Shown: positions 1-12,955, counted from the first letter of the stretch. The stretch: 64,000 nt of DNA from Octopus sinensis (GCF_006345805.1 NC_043013.1:25048001-25112000); one strand, 5' to 3'. The notes: generated by a model not told the origin, from the sequence alone. Numbers and translations are program-made.

Positions 1-440
1 CAAAAAATGGGCAGTAATTGCACCAATGTTAATCCTTTCTCAACTGCAATGATCTTTTAGAATAGTGCTTACCTCTGGTTTTCCGTACTTTAACTATTTT
101 ACTTCAGAAATCAGATACATCCACCCAGTTTCTTTATTCTTAACTGCAGTAAACAATTTTATATACCAATCTATCTTTTGCTAAGAAATATCATGTTTGA
201 AACAACTCTATGCTGTGATATCTCGAGTTTATTGAGGCAACGTGACTTTCAGAAAAAAATGCCACTTCTAGTTTTTAGTAGATCTTTGACATTATTACTG
301 GAATAATCATGAAATTTAATTTTGCAGTTAAAGTGATAGAACAGATGAAAAATAACTCTTACCCTGTAGAGCACAGGTTCCCAACTGGTGTGCTGCAACA
401 CCCTGGGGTGCCATGAGATCAACCAAGGAGTGCTGCAAAA

Positions 441-850
441 GACCCGTTGAGGCAAGTGAAAATCAAAATCAAAATCAAAATCAAAATCAAATCAAATCAA
501 ATCAGATATCAGAAAGCAGAACCAAAATCGAAGTCGATCAACATCAATGGAAATTGCAGCTGTGATACCAGTGCCGGTGACAAGTAAGTGAACCATCCGA
601 TCGTGGCCGTTGCCAGCACCGCCCCGACTGGCCTCCGTGCCAGTGGCACGTAAAAGGCACCATCCGTCTGTGGCTGTTTGCCAGCCCCGTCTGGCACCTG
701 TGCGGGTGGCACGTAAAAAGCACCCACTACACTGACGGAGTGGTTGGCGTTAGGAAGGGCATCCAGCTGTAGAAACCCCAGTTGAACTGTCCAACCCATG
801 CTAGCATGGAAAGCGGACGCTAAATGGTGATGATGATGATGATGATGATG
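441..850 (+). mobile_element. SINE with (GAT)n tail and internal GTGCCGGTGGCACGTAAAAAGCACC repeats; very abundant family
   Basis: Body GTGGTTGGCGTTAGGAAGGGCATCCAGCTGTAGAA...CCAACCCATGCTAGCATGGAAAGCGGACG followed by (GAT)n. The motif recurs many times, e.g. near 4.4, 36.4, 39.3, 40.2, 44.4, 46.3, 50.0, 54.8 and 63.8 kb. Confidence 0.85.
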
Positions 851-1260
851 TGCTATCATGATTGATCATTTAGAGTCAAAAATACATTTTGATACAATTT
901 TAACAATAAATATTGTTTCTTATATTTTGTATTGTTGTCTATTTTATGTTTATTATATTGGTGAAATAAAGAAAATATTTTATTATCTATTCCAGGGACA
1001 TTGTTTTCTTACACAGATGTTTATTATCCAGAGACAAAGTCTTGTTATATTGATGTTGAATCAAACAACTGTCATGTTAGATTTTCTAAATAGGGTGCTG
1101 TGGATTTCTGTAAGGGGGGGGTCAACTTTGCCTTTCATCCTTTCAGGGTCGATAAAATAAGCACCAGTTGAGTACTGGGGTCGATGCAATCACCTAGTCT
1201 CCTCCCTCAAAGTTTCAAGGCCTTGTGCAATTAGTAGAAAGGATTAAAATCATTATTATG

Positions 1261-1475
1261 AAGGCGGCGAGCTGGCAGAATTGTTAACATGCTGGGCAAA
1301 ATGCTTAACAGCATTTTGTCCATGTTTACATTCTGAGTTCAAATTCCACCAAGGTCAACTTTCCCTTTTATCTTTTCAGGGTCAATGAAATTAGTACCAG
1401 TCAAGTACAGGGGTCAATGTAATCAACTTGTCCCCTCTTCCAAATTTCAGCCTTTGTGCCTATAGTAGAATGGAT
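1261..1475 (+). mobile_element. tRNA-head SINE with Deu/Nin-like core, tail type A
   Basis: AAGGCGGCGAGCTGGCAGAA head, GAGTTCAAATTCC B-box, diverged GCCTTTCATCCTTTCGGGGTCGATAA-type core, tail CCTTTGTGCCTATAGTAGAA. Other type-A copies near 1120, 5040, 6240 and 27441. Confidence 0.8.
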
Positions 1476-2990
1476 CGCTAACTGGGCACCTGGAGAGGCA
1501 AGCCCATGCCGTCCAACAGCGTCGTAGGGCGCTGGACAGACGGACCCGTTAAACTGCTCGGGGTCTGGTTCGGTCCGGACCTCCAGGTGGATAAGAACTG
1601 GGAAGAGGTGACGAGCAGGGTGGCACGTCTCACCCAGAAATGGGCCGAGAGGAAGCTGTCCCTGAAAGGTCGAGCGGAGGTGGCGAATGCGTACATTGCA
1701 TCCGTCATCTATTACCGCTTGACCGTCGTCCCTTGTCCCGACCGCTGGTTGGCCAGCTGGTACGCCTGCTCTTCGACTTTTTGTGGAAGGGTCAGGTGCC
1801 ACTGGTCAGGCGATCCATCTGCTGTCAACGACCGCTGAACGGAGGCCTTGGAATGCCGTGGTTGCTGTTGCGCAGACATGCGCTCAGGCTGCGGCATCTC
1901 AAGCGCTTCCTAGACGGTGAACAGTGTGGTCGTCTTTTGTCAGACGCGATTTCCGCAGCTCGTCTCTTTGACGGAGCTGCAGACCTGGATCAACGTAGAC
2001 CGAGAAAGGCGCTTGGCACCTCGAGTGCCGTCAAGCCCTCTCCGCCGTCCACCAGGCGGGCAATGCGGTCGGTTACAGCTCCACTCTAGCGTTCTATAGA
2101 GGTTAGTGGAGGAAAAATGCGACAACGTTCTCGGGGAAACTCTAGGCGTTGAAGATGACGAACTGTGCGGTCTGTTCGGGAGGACTTTCGGGCCGGGGCC
2201 GATGGATAATTTCCAGAGGTCTCTCGCTTGGCAGTGCTACCGAGGGGCTCTGCCTGTTCGAGATAAACTCTACCGGCACGGAAGTGCCGTCAGCCGGGCC
2301 TGCCCGAGGTGTTGCCAGGACGACGAAACCGTTCTGCACGCACTCGTTCAGTGCCCGAGTATTGCTGAAATATGGGTTATGTCGAACAGCTACTGTCACG
2401 TGTAGGACGGATCCGACTATCGGCCGAATCCATAGTGAAGATTGCCCCGCCGACCTCCTTTAACAAGGAGGGCGAGGCCGTTTTCTTGTGCCTAGTGGCT
2501 GTGGCGAAAGAGGTCGTGTGGTGGACTCGTTTAAAAGGGCTAAAGACAGACACTTTCCTCTTTGGTCAAGGCCTCATCAACTTTTTCAAGTTTCACTTGA
2601 AAAGGAAGATGAGGTTAGAGAGGAAAGTGCTGTCCGATACCAAGTTTTATGAAAGGTGGGTGAATTGTGCGAGGACTGGCCTGTATAAATGGACAGTTCT
2701 CAGGTTTCGCTGTGATTTCAAAGAAAAAGGTAATGTAAAAGGAGAAGAAAGGGGACTCTCTACACCCACTTTTTTGACCAGGCTCCCGTTGGCTTTTGTA
2801 GGGTTTTTTTTCCACCAGGAACCTTTCGAAACGTCTCCCCCTTTTGGGAGTTTTTCATTGTTGAATTTTATAAGTTGTTATAAAGATTTTTACTCGATGT
2901 TTTAAAAAACGGCAAAACCCTTTGTAACCTTTCGTCCTGTCTTGTCCCTCTATGTAATCATGCGTGTCAGCCCTTGTGGCCAATAAAAAA
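1476..2990 (+). mobile_element. 5'-truncated Tx1/L1-clade LINE (ORF2 RT C-terminus plus zf-RVT), frameshifted
   Basis: Overlapping ORFs give VKLLGVWFG, WAERKLSLKGRAEVAN, FLWKG...GGLGMP and CPRCCQDDETVLHALVQC (CCHC). GC-rich, ends AATAAAAAAGAAT. Imperfect TSD AGAATGGAT/AGAATTGAT. Confidence 0.88.
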
Positions 2991-3023
2991 GAATTGATTA
3001 TTATTATTATTATTATTATTATT

Positions 3024-3475
3024 ACTTACTTACTTTTAATCTACATGTTTGTTACAATCACTTGCTGAGGCCACCCAGTGTCCTAGGGTGAGTGAAGGAT
3101 AAGAGATGTTACAGTATGACTGAAAGCTTCTTCATGTAATACAACACAGATATCTAAATGGATAGGGTTCTTTTAAGGATGTGGGTAATACTTATCAATA
3201 CAATCTTTTGGATGTCTCTGAGATATGGTTCTCCTGGGATCTTATTTAGATGTTTCTGATATCCCTTTATTATCATGTCTAGCACACCTACAATAACAAA
3301 AACAGTTCTCATTTTAAAATACTGCATCTTTCGTATTTCAATTTCCAGGTCCTTATATTTGACTCAATTTGTCAAATTCCTTTATAGATGTACAGCGGGA
3401 ACACTTACACCTATAAGTCTACAAGTATTTTCTTCCCTGTCTTTGATAATTATGTCAGGTCAATTAGCCTGGATA
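3024..3475 (-). mobile_element. 3' end of an RLE-type (R4/Dong-like) LINE in a (TAA)n tract
   Basis: Minus strand reads PDIIIKDREENTCRLIGVSVP...KEFDKLS...KYKDLEIEIRKM...VIVGVL, a restriction-like endonuclease PD..D motif. (TTA)n on both sides. Confidence 0.8.
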
Positions 3476-3651
3476 TTATTATTATTATTATTATTATATT
3501 ATTATTATTATTATTATTATCATAACTAAAGCTGACAATATCATTAAAACATCAGAAAATGTTTTAAATTTATTTCAGAGATTTTTGTTCTGAGTTCAAA
3601 TCCTGCCAAAGTCGATTTTGCCTTTCATTCCTTTGGTATCAATAAAATGTG

Positions 3652-3958
3652 AAGGCATGTGGCTAAGGTATTTGGTTCATGATCGTAAGATTGTGAGTTT
3701 GATGCCTGGCCACATGTTGTGTCCTTGAGCAAGACACTTTATTTCATGTTGTTCCAGTCCATTCAGCTGGCAAAAATGTACCTGTAATTCAAAAGGGCCA
3801 GCCTTGGCACATTCAGTGTGTCACACTGAACCTCTCTGAGAACTACATTAAGGGTTTGCATTTCTGTGGAGTACTCAGCCACTTGCATGTTAATTTCATA
3901 AACAGGCTGTTCAGTTGATCAAATCAGCTGGTACACTTTTTGTAATCACCAGAGAGCC
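3652..3958 (+). mobile_element. tRNA-derived SINE (GTGTCCTTGAGCAAGACACTT family)
   Basis: tRNA-like head and conserved body. Homologous copies at about 6771-7082 (-), 39727-39975 (+), 41760-42000 (-) and 46600-47255 (-). Confidence 0.8.
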
Positions 3959-6900
3959 AGGACACTGATATAATGATGTACCAGTTAAATACTAGGGTTG
4001 ACATGCCATCTAAACGTTGGGCCTCATGGAGGCAGTGGTGTCAAGTCGAGATCATAGTCATAGCCAATGCCAGTGGCACATAATTGGCCCATTAAAAGTA
4101 CCCTTCAATCTTTGGGCAATATTCTGTGCTTGTGAAGACCTGTTGAACCAAGTGAAATTATAGTTGTGGCCAATGCCAGTGCCATCTGACTGGCACACAT
4201 GCCTGTGACATGTAAAAAGCACTATTCGAGCATTGAGCCTTGTGGAGGTAGTGACAGGTGACCAAGATCTTTGGCAATATACTGTGCTTGTATAGACCTG
4301 TGAAGCCAAGTGAGACTGTAGTCGTGACTGATGCTGGTATCAGGTCAATGGCATGTAAAAAGCGTCCATTACACTCTCAGAGTGGTTGGCATTAGGAAGG
4401 GCATCCAGCCACAGAAACCTTGCCAAATCAAATTGAAACTTGGTGCAGCCTTCCGGCTTACCAGTTTTCAAACTGTCCAACCCATGCCAGCATATAAAGC
4501 GGATGTTAAATGATGATAATGATGCTGCTGATGATGATGATGTAATCAACTAGCACCATCCCTTCAAAATTGTTTGCCCTCTACCAAAATTAGAAACACT
4601 TAGTTGAGCCTGCAGTAATTAATTATTATGGGTCTTTACATACCAAGTTCAAATTCCTTTGAAGTTAACTTTGCTTTTCATCCTTTGAGGGTCAATAAGA
4701 TGGCATGTAAGTATTCATCATCATCATCATTTAACTTCTGGGTTGAACAGGTTGACAGGAGCCAACAGACCAGGGAGCTGCACCAGGCTCGAATCACCTG
4801 TTTTGGCATGGTTTCCACGGCTGGATGCCTTTCCTAATTCCAACCACTGTAGAGTGTATTGGATACTTTTTACTTGGCACCAGCACAGGTGCTCTCTACA
4901 TGGCATCAGTACTGATGCTTTTTTATGTGGCATAGGTGTCCCTTAAGTGGTGCTAGCAAAGGTGCATTTTAACTTACTCTCTCCCCACAATTCTCTGACC
5001 TTGTGCCTAATTTAAGAAACAGTTATTATCATTAAAGCATTGAGCAAAATGCTCTGCAGTATTTGATCCAGAATTTTGTCTCATGAGTTCAAACTTCATT
5101 AAGGTCAACTTTGTCTTTCACCCTTTTGGGGGTTAATATAATAAGTCACCAGTCAAGTACTGGAGTCAGTTTAATCAACTAATCCCTCCTCTCCAAATTT
5201 CAGGTTTTGTCCCTATGTTAGAAACAATTATTATTCATTATTTCTGTTGCTCTTTTATTTTATTGATACACAAACATTTAAAATTTAACCAGTATGGAAA
5301 GTTTTGTTTGGGAATTTTTGTTTTTTTTTTGCTTTTTTTTGGAGGGAGTGGATTTTGGTTGTTTTAGTGACATACAATTTACATAACTAAAATATCTGCA
5401 TGATTACAAGGATGGGTTAGCCTTACTGGTTATGTAATGAGTGACCTTTCAGGACATTTAAACAATTATGAAAGCTAAGATTGATCATTGCATCAATTTG
5501 CATAATTTTTACAACTAATTATAGACAGCACCAGACAAGGAAGAAGAATAAGTTAGCACTAGATGGCTCCTGCTACTAACTTCTAATCTTTATGCTATAC
5601 ATGTTGTCCATGCTGATACATGGTGGGAAAATGCATGGGGCAGAGAAGACATGGGAGGAAGAGGTGAAGTCTAGACATCGAAGCTAACAAACTAAATGCA
5701 AACCAACAGAGATCCTATATGCTAGAAATAGCAGTCAAATTTCCTTCAAATTACACTGCATTTTTTTGAACAGTGGTCCTTTATAAGAGTATAATTAAAG
5801 TTAACATACTTATATGTCAGTGAATGATGGGGGTCACCATATGGTTACTTCATCCACTAACAATAACAGCCAAATCTCTAAAATCAAATCCTTCTGTCTT
5901 AAACAAAATTGACATTGTGTAATGTAGTCCAAGATAAGCAATGCCTGAAATAGAGATGGGATGGTCATATCTAAGGAGCTTTTAACTATAGTCTTTTCAG
6001 TTAAGTTTTACCTGGAACTAAACAAAAACCAACAAAAATATCATTAGGAAACATTCATGTTGTGGACCAGTCATCAAATTCTGTTATTAAAACAAAGAAT
6101 ATTGTATTTTCTCTTTTGCAATGTAAGCAAAGGTGTAACTAGGTAAGCTTCTTATAGGTAAGACTTCAGGTTGCCTCCCTGATGTTATATCCAAATCATG
6201 TGGAACAAAATAATTATCCATTAAAACATGGATAATTTTTTATTCTGACTCTAAGCACAAGGCCCGAAATTTTGGCGGGGGAGGGTCCAGTCGATTAGAT
6301 CAGCCCCAGTATGCAACTGGTACTTAATTTATCAACCCCGAAAGGATGAAAGGCAAAATCAACCTCGGCGGAATTTTAACTCAGAACATAAAGACATGTG
6401 AAATACTGCGAAGCATTTCGCCCAAAGTGCTAACGGTTCTGCCAGCTCACCATCTTAACATGAATGATTATTAACAAGATTATTTCTTTCACCATCCATG
6501 TTTATTCTAACTAATATTATCTTTTATTTTCTACTTGTTTCAGTTATTAGACTGCAGCCATGCTGGAGCAATGCTTTGAAGAATTTTTAGTCAAATCAAT
6601 CGACTCTAGTACTTGTTTTCTCTTTTGCTTTTTTACAGCCTGATATTTTTATTTTGCTGAATCGCTAAGTTATGGGGACATAAATGCACCAACATCGGTT
6701 ATCAAGCAATGATGGGAGACAAACACAGACACAAGTACGCACACACACACACACATATATCTAAAAAAGGAGCACTCTGTTGGTTATGATGACGAGGGTC
6801 TCAGCTGATACGATCAACGGAACAGCTTGCTCGTGAAATTAACGTGCAAGTGGCTGAGCAATCCACAGACATGTGTACTCCTAACATAGTTCTCAGGTAG

Positions 6901-7574
6901 ATTCAGAGTGTGACTAGGCTGGCCCTTTGAAATACAGGTGCAACTCTTTTTTGCCAGCTGAGTGGACTGGAGCAATGCTAAATAAAGTGTCTTGCTCAAG
7001 GACACAACACGTCACCAGGAATTGAACTCACAGCCTTTCATTCATGAGTCAAATGCCCTAACCACTAAGCCATGCGCTTTCACTCACACACATATATATA
7101 TGTATGAAAGTGAACCTCCTTGAACTGTATTATATACTTCATAGTATATACCTTATATACCATTCATATTTTTTAAAAAACACACCAAACTCTATGGATC
7201 TTTCAACTGAAAATCTTAACTGCTCTTAATTTCAGTACAAAAACAAATTTTTTCAGTCCTTTTCTTAACAGTCCTCTTTTTCTCACACTTCCTTCCATAT
7301 GTATACAACATGGGTTTTATTTACATATATTTTTATGTATATTTATATATATATACTCATATTTTATTAATATTTTTTAAAATGTGTCGATATATATTAA
7401 TATATGTATATGCATTTTAAGTTGAATTTATAAATGTATGAGTATGATTGCCTAATTTGTCTATCAATCCACTCACAAGGCTCTGGCCAGCTCAAGGCTA
7501 TAATAGAAGACACTTGCCTAAAGTGCTATGCAGTGGGACTGAACCAGGAACCATGTGGTTAGGAAGCAAGCTTC

Positions 7575-7965
7575 CTATTTCTTTATTGCCCGCAGGGGGC
7601 TAAACAGAGAGGGGACAAACAAGGAGAAAGGGATTAAGTCGATTACATCGACCCCAGTGTGTAACTGGTACTTAATTTATCGATCCCAAAAGGATGAAAG
7701 GCAAAGTCGACCTCGGCAGAATTTGAACTCAGAACGTAACGGAAGATGAAATACCTATTTCTTTACTACCCACAGGGGGCTAAACACAGAGAGGACAAAC
7801 AAGGACAGACAAACGGATTAAGTCGATTATATCGACTCCAGTGCATAACTGGTACTTATTTAATCGACCCCGAAAGGATGAAAGGCAAAGTGACCTCAGC
7901 AGAATTTGAACTCAGAATGTAACGGCAGACAAAATACTGCTAAGCATTTCACCCGGCATGCTAAG
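7575..7965 (-). mobile_element. Head-to-tail dimer of Deu/Nin-like SINE, tail type B
   Basis: Two units joined at GATGAAATAC|CTATTTCTTTAC (about 7754), sitting inside the head of a different tRNA-SINE (7445-7574). Confidence 0.85.
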
Positions 7966-8230
7966 CCTTTCAACCATGCTCTGATTATACTGCATAAGAG
8001 GAGCTGGAAGCTCTCTCATGTTTTTATGCACAGCATCCCAGCCAGTAAAAGCTATTCACTCTCCCTTTAGATCGAACTCAGTTTGACCAACAAACTGGTT
8101 GAATTAGTTGTTATTTCAGCTACTCTTAGCAAGACACATTTTAGCTGAATGAGGGATCAATTTGCTATCAACAAATTACATTCATTGATATCCCTTTGAA
8201 GCATAAATCTGAAGATGTTGAGGCTTGGTA

Positions 8231-8450
8231 TTTGGCAGAAACGTTAGCAAGCCGGGCGAAATGCTTAGCGGTATTTCGTCTGCGTTACGTTGTGAGTTCA
8301 AATTCCGCCGAGGTCGACTTTGCCTTTAATCCTTTTGGGGTCGATAAATTAAGTACCAGTTACGCACTGGGGTCGATGTAATTGACTTAATACCTATGTC
8401 TGTCCTTGTTTGTCCCCTCTGTGTTTAGCCCCTTGTGGGTAATAAAGAAA
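8231..8450 (+). mobile_element. Deu/Nin-like SINE, tail type B, with TSD
   Basis: Near-consensus body ending AGCCCCTTGTGGGTAATAAAGAAA, flanked by a TTGGTATT direct repeat. Confidence 0.85.
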
Positions 8451-10427
8451 TTGGTATTAGCCACATCAATTTTAACACAGGGCCTGCAATTGTCAGGAGC
8501 CCTGTCTCTCCTCTACTTAATAGCTTACTTGACACAAATGAAGTTCTGCTTATATTACACTCACCATGTGCTTTACTTGTCATTAAAAGCATTGCAAGAA
8601 GGAGATGAAGGTGGGGACAATGCTGATCCCCACTCCTACTGGGGCACATCTATGAGGGGATCCTAATTTTCATGAAACATATGTCTATTAAAGTGGAATG
8701 CCAATAGTGTTTTTGGCCCTGTACTCTGAGAACCCTTGCTAAACTATACTGCTAGGAAGTGTGGGTTCAATTTGAGAATAGTCAGTGGAGGTCCTCTACT
8801 CTACAAAAGCTAAAGGTTAATGTTTTATGTTTTGTGCAGCACGCCAGTCCCAGCCAAAAAACATTGATTGCTTGAGGCTCTCTATCATTAGTCACAAATT
8901 CATTATAATGTTCTCCACTCAAGCGTACGTGCAGAACCCCATTTGAACAAATTTTAACTGGCTGAATTTGCCACTATCATTTTTTTTTTTTTTTTTTTGT
9001 AATTTAAATGTATCAATACATAAAAGAAATTTTTTTACCCTAAATTTGCAAAATGTTACCAACAACTGTGAATTGAAACACTAAATACAACACAAAAAGC
9101 AATTAGTAACAGGTGTAAACATATACGGATATCGATAGGAGATACAAAGTTGACGAGGGCGAAGTCTACAAATTTTACATCATGAAATACAAAGGTCTTT
9201 TGCCGTCATTTCAAAGTGGTAACTGAATATTTCATAACGGAATAATTTCTTCTTAAATATATCGCCATGTCATCAGAAATATATGATGTAAGTTTTTTAA
9301 TGGTTTCAGTTTCAATTTTTTACTTTACCATTTACAGTAATTAATTTTAAAACATTTTATTATGCTTTTTTTTTACACCCTTCGCTGTTTATTTTAATCC
9401 ATGTGGATTAAAACGAATTTTTCAGAATAAACAACATGAACTGGAGCAAATCTTGCACTCCAAAATTTCCTTTAACGTCAATTCTAAGAGGTTGATGACA
9501 TTAAACTTGGGCATTTTGTCGAAAGAATGTCTAAACTTCTGATCGCAGACTATTTCGTTTAAAAGAATTTAAGAATATATGTGAGAGAAATCAAAGTGCT
9601 TTAAGTTTATTTTCCCTTTTCCTTTAAATTATCAGAATTTCGCTCAAATATAATTTCTCATAGTAATAACCTAACTGTGCCGCTACACGTAAAATATACT
9701 TTTATATCTTAAGTAACAGATACTGATAAAAGTTGTGACCACTTCTCTTTTAATTATATCTGTTATAATCAGTAACATTGCTGTATGTCTTGATTCTATA
9801 TATAATACTTTGATTAAGTCATTTTTCTTTTTTCGTCTTGTCCTTAATATTAGAAACGAACTTAATGTCGAAAAATTAATACAAAATTTACATATCTTCT
9901 AATTAAAAATTACAGCAGAGACAAATTGTAAAAGTTGTGGCACTAAATGAAATGTTGAAATCCACTGAACTTCGCCTTTTTTCGTTCGACAGATAATTTC
10001 GCATTTCAACACTTCTTTCTCCTTGCTTAAATCTTCCTCAACAAGTTATAAAGATTTAGTTTAACCACTCCCTTTTTTTTTGTTTTTTTTTACTAAAACA
10101 TTCACCAGAACAAAATATGAAAAGTATTAAAGTGGCCTTTAAACGCCCTAGCTTTTTTCTTTCTTTTTTTTTTTAAATATTGTTAGTTTTTGAATAACTT
10201 TTAAATGTTACACACCCACTTTTTTTCCCCTTTAAACATTTATAAGACATATAGAAACCAATTTCTGAAATAACTAACTTTTAAGCAGTTATAAGAAAGA
10301 TCGAATTAACAACACATCACACTCTCTGATGATATTGACTCTCGAAGCTCAAAAGGAGCCAGCGCTCGATCGATTAGAAATAGCAGTCAAATCATCCGGA
10401 ACAACTAGTAAAGATCACATTACTCAC

Positions 10428-10503
10428 CTTGCCCGGCCTGTGAAATATTGTTCACGGACATCTGGGAGAACTTCTAGGCAGTACTCGACCACCAGACTCA
10501 TAC
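10428..10503 (-). CDS. Candidate first coding exon (MSLVVEYCLEVLPDVREQYFTGRA-R), M1-aminopeptidase N-terminal-like
   Basis: Acceptor TTTTCTGTCTACTATAG and donor AAG|GTGAGT. Only one frame is open and it begins with ATG. The Y-x-L-x3-PD-x5-F-x-G pattern resembles the first strand of Peptidase_M1_N. No downstream exon found. Confidence 0.4.
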
Positions 10504-12080
10504 CTATAGTAGACAGAAAACCAAGATCTTTTTATATTATAGAACTGCAAATCCATGGAATAAAGCAACAATTACAGAACACAACTAAGATTTGGAAAAC
10601 ACCAAGTAAAATGACAGCTAATAAATTACTAAAGGAATTCCCTCCCTCGGGCATTGAGAAGTCCTTTTACTGAAGCGAAAAACGTTACTGTAGAATCCAA
10701 TTTCCAATTAAACGATTTTACTTCTACGGTTTATCTTTATGATGAACATCTCTTCACAAAAATCGCCAGTGAAGAATTCATCCAATTGTTGTTGGTTCAG
10801 ATTAGTATATACCTCAGGACATACACTAAGTGCAACGGTTGAAACTTCACAGCTTACCGTCTGTGTACTGGGGATCTCAAGAGCTAAAACGAAAATCTGC
10901 TACACATACTCAATAGGAAATTGCACGTCTGTGTATGTTAGTTTTCGAAAAGGTAGTTTCTTCGAAAGGTCGCAACACTAATTCTGGCAAATCGCGGTCT
11001 AATTTTTGTGTATTGATCAGAGATCAGAGTATCGGTTCATTTCAGTAATTGCCTCATGAGATGACCAACTAAACACAATTGGCAATTAAAGACAGCTGTA
11101 CTATCATTGACTGGATTTAATTCTGCCGTGATAAGCATCTAACAGCAGCGAAATATTTCCGTCCAAATCTTGAGAAAATAGGCAAACCAGGAGTTACAGA
11201 AATTGATTCGTCTTTATGTATCGCAAACGCCACATAAGAAAATCAAGGAAGATGAGGTGCGCCTGAAAAAAAAAAATGGTTTTCTTATTCCTGTTGAAAG
11301 CAGACGCACGGAATCTCTTATTCTGCTCGTTGAGAAATGGGTTTGGCGGTCCCAAATTAATCGTTTGCTTATACACATAGATACGTTTATAGAACCTTGA
11401 AAATATATATAATTTGATCATGGAGTCGTTTAACAATTCTAGATATTTTGTGAATCGGTTAATTGAAACGTTTACAAATGGAACGGAATCCATGTGGTCG
11501 CATGCAAAAGACAAATTCAATTCTGTGAAAGGAGCAAACCGTGATATCGCGGAAATTTGATGACGAATTCTTTTGACAATTTCGGAACCAAGTTGCCACA
11601 GCAATTTATCCTTTGTGACATGAAAACATTTTAGAGCGATCTATTATAATTTGACGGTCATGTAATGACAAGGTGAAAGTGGGATCAATGAAAATGAAAA
11701 GAAAATCACAATCGTTTAATGATCTGCAATGACTAAAAGATCGTCAAAGAAAAAAAAGAATTTTTTCTCTGTGAAATTGAAGGTTTATGTTAATATATTT
11801 GAAAAAAAACTGGTTGGGCGGGGCGAGCCATAAGCGTTTTAAGAATCAGAGAAGAGGATCAACATTTTCAGCGATACTCTATTATCGAGTTTGTTACATC
11901 GTTGGGATTAACTTACAATCCAGCGATTAATTGTATCAGCCTAAATGTTTCGTTTCCTTTTATTTTATTGCCGATTATTTTCACTTTCGTTCTCTTGACT
12001 TCTTTTTGCTGTGTTGCCCATTACATACATATATACATATGTAGCATACGCTTAATGAAATCCCCACCTCTCTCTCTCTC

Positions 12081-12792
12081 TGTTATATATAACATAAATA
12101 CGAATGTAGTAGATAACAGCTAGCCTTCGGTCGCTTGGACCCTGTTGTGTCCACTACTCTGATTGGTTGATATTGGCGCAATTTGTCTCTTGCTCTATTA
12201 CGCGCCAATGTGCAATCCAACCAATCGCAGCCTTCTAGGTCCCGTGACACAGTCTTCTAAATTGTCTGTTGGAGCCTCCTAGTCTCTATAAAAGCTAGAT
12301 CAACAAACCGTATTTCGTCTTTGGTTCTAGACCTTCTAAGGCCTAACCACTGACCACAGAGCACTCAGCCAGTTCCAGCGACAGACAACACCAGCAGCAT
12401 TCCGGACCTCCACTCCCGTCGCCTTCATCTTATCGACACCAACAACATCTCTACGTACACAGCAACTTCGCTTAGGTTTAACTTCCCACTGTTTGTGAAA
12501 TACTTCACCATGGTTAACAGTAAGCTCAACCTACGAGAACCTTTTGTACCAAGTAACCCGGCAGCAGCATGGTAGCCACCACTTCGTACAACACGTACCA
12601 CACAGGCTCTGCTATTTCGCCTCAACTTCTTGTACAGAACTTCAACTATTGTGTACCTTACTACTTCATTGTGTCTGAACTTCTAACGTCCTGTTATAGA
12701 CTCTTTCTATGCTCTGTATATTATCTCACTCGCATACACCCTTGTTTGTACACACATATACATTGTGTATGCATGACGGCCTGTATATTGTA

Positions 12793-12825
<33 letters not shown>

Positions 12826-12889
12826 GTACTTATGTCGTACACACAGACACACACTCTGCTATCACGTAAATAAAACCTTTCACTTAACA
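12081..12889 (+). mobile_element. Putative solo LTR
   Basis: TGTTA...TAACA termini, CCAAT boxes, TATAAAAG (about 12287) and AATAAA just before the end. No clean TSD. Confidence 0.45.
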
Positions 12890-12955
12890 TTCTACGGTCG
12901 TGTCGTCTCTCTTTTCCTTTCTGGCACTCACTCATTTATCCATTTTCGCTTTTAT

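Noticed and set aside
73-143. Minus-strand segment with CTGCAG acceptor and GTAAGC donor
   Set aside because: Stop codons in all three frames.
1476-2720. GC-rich block as bacterial contamination or horizontal transfer
   Set aside because: It translates to LINE ORF2 motifs, with an A-rich tail and a TSD.
10329-10673. 114-aa plus-strand ORF
   Set aside because: No recognisable homology; it starts in a repeat fragment and overlaps a better-supported minus-strand exon.
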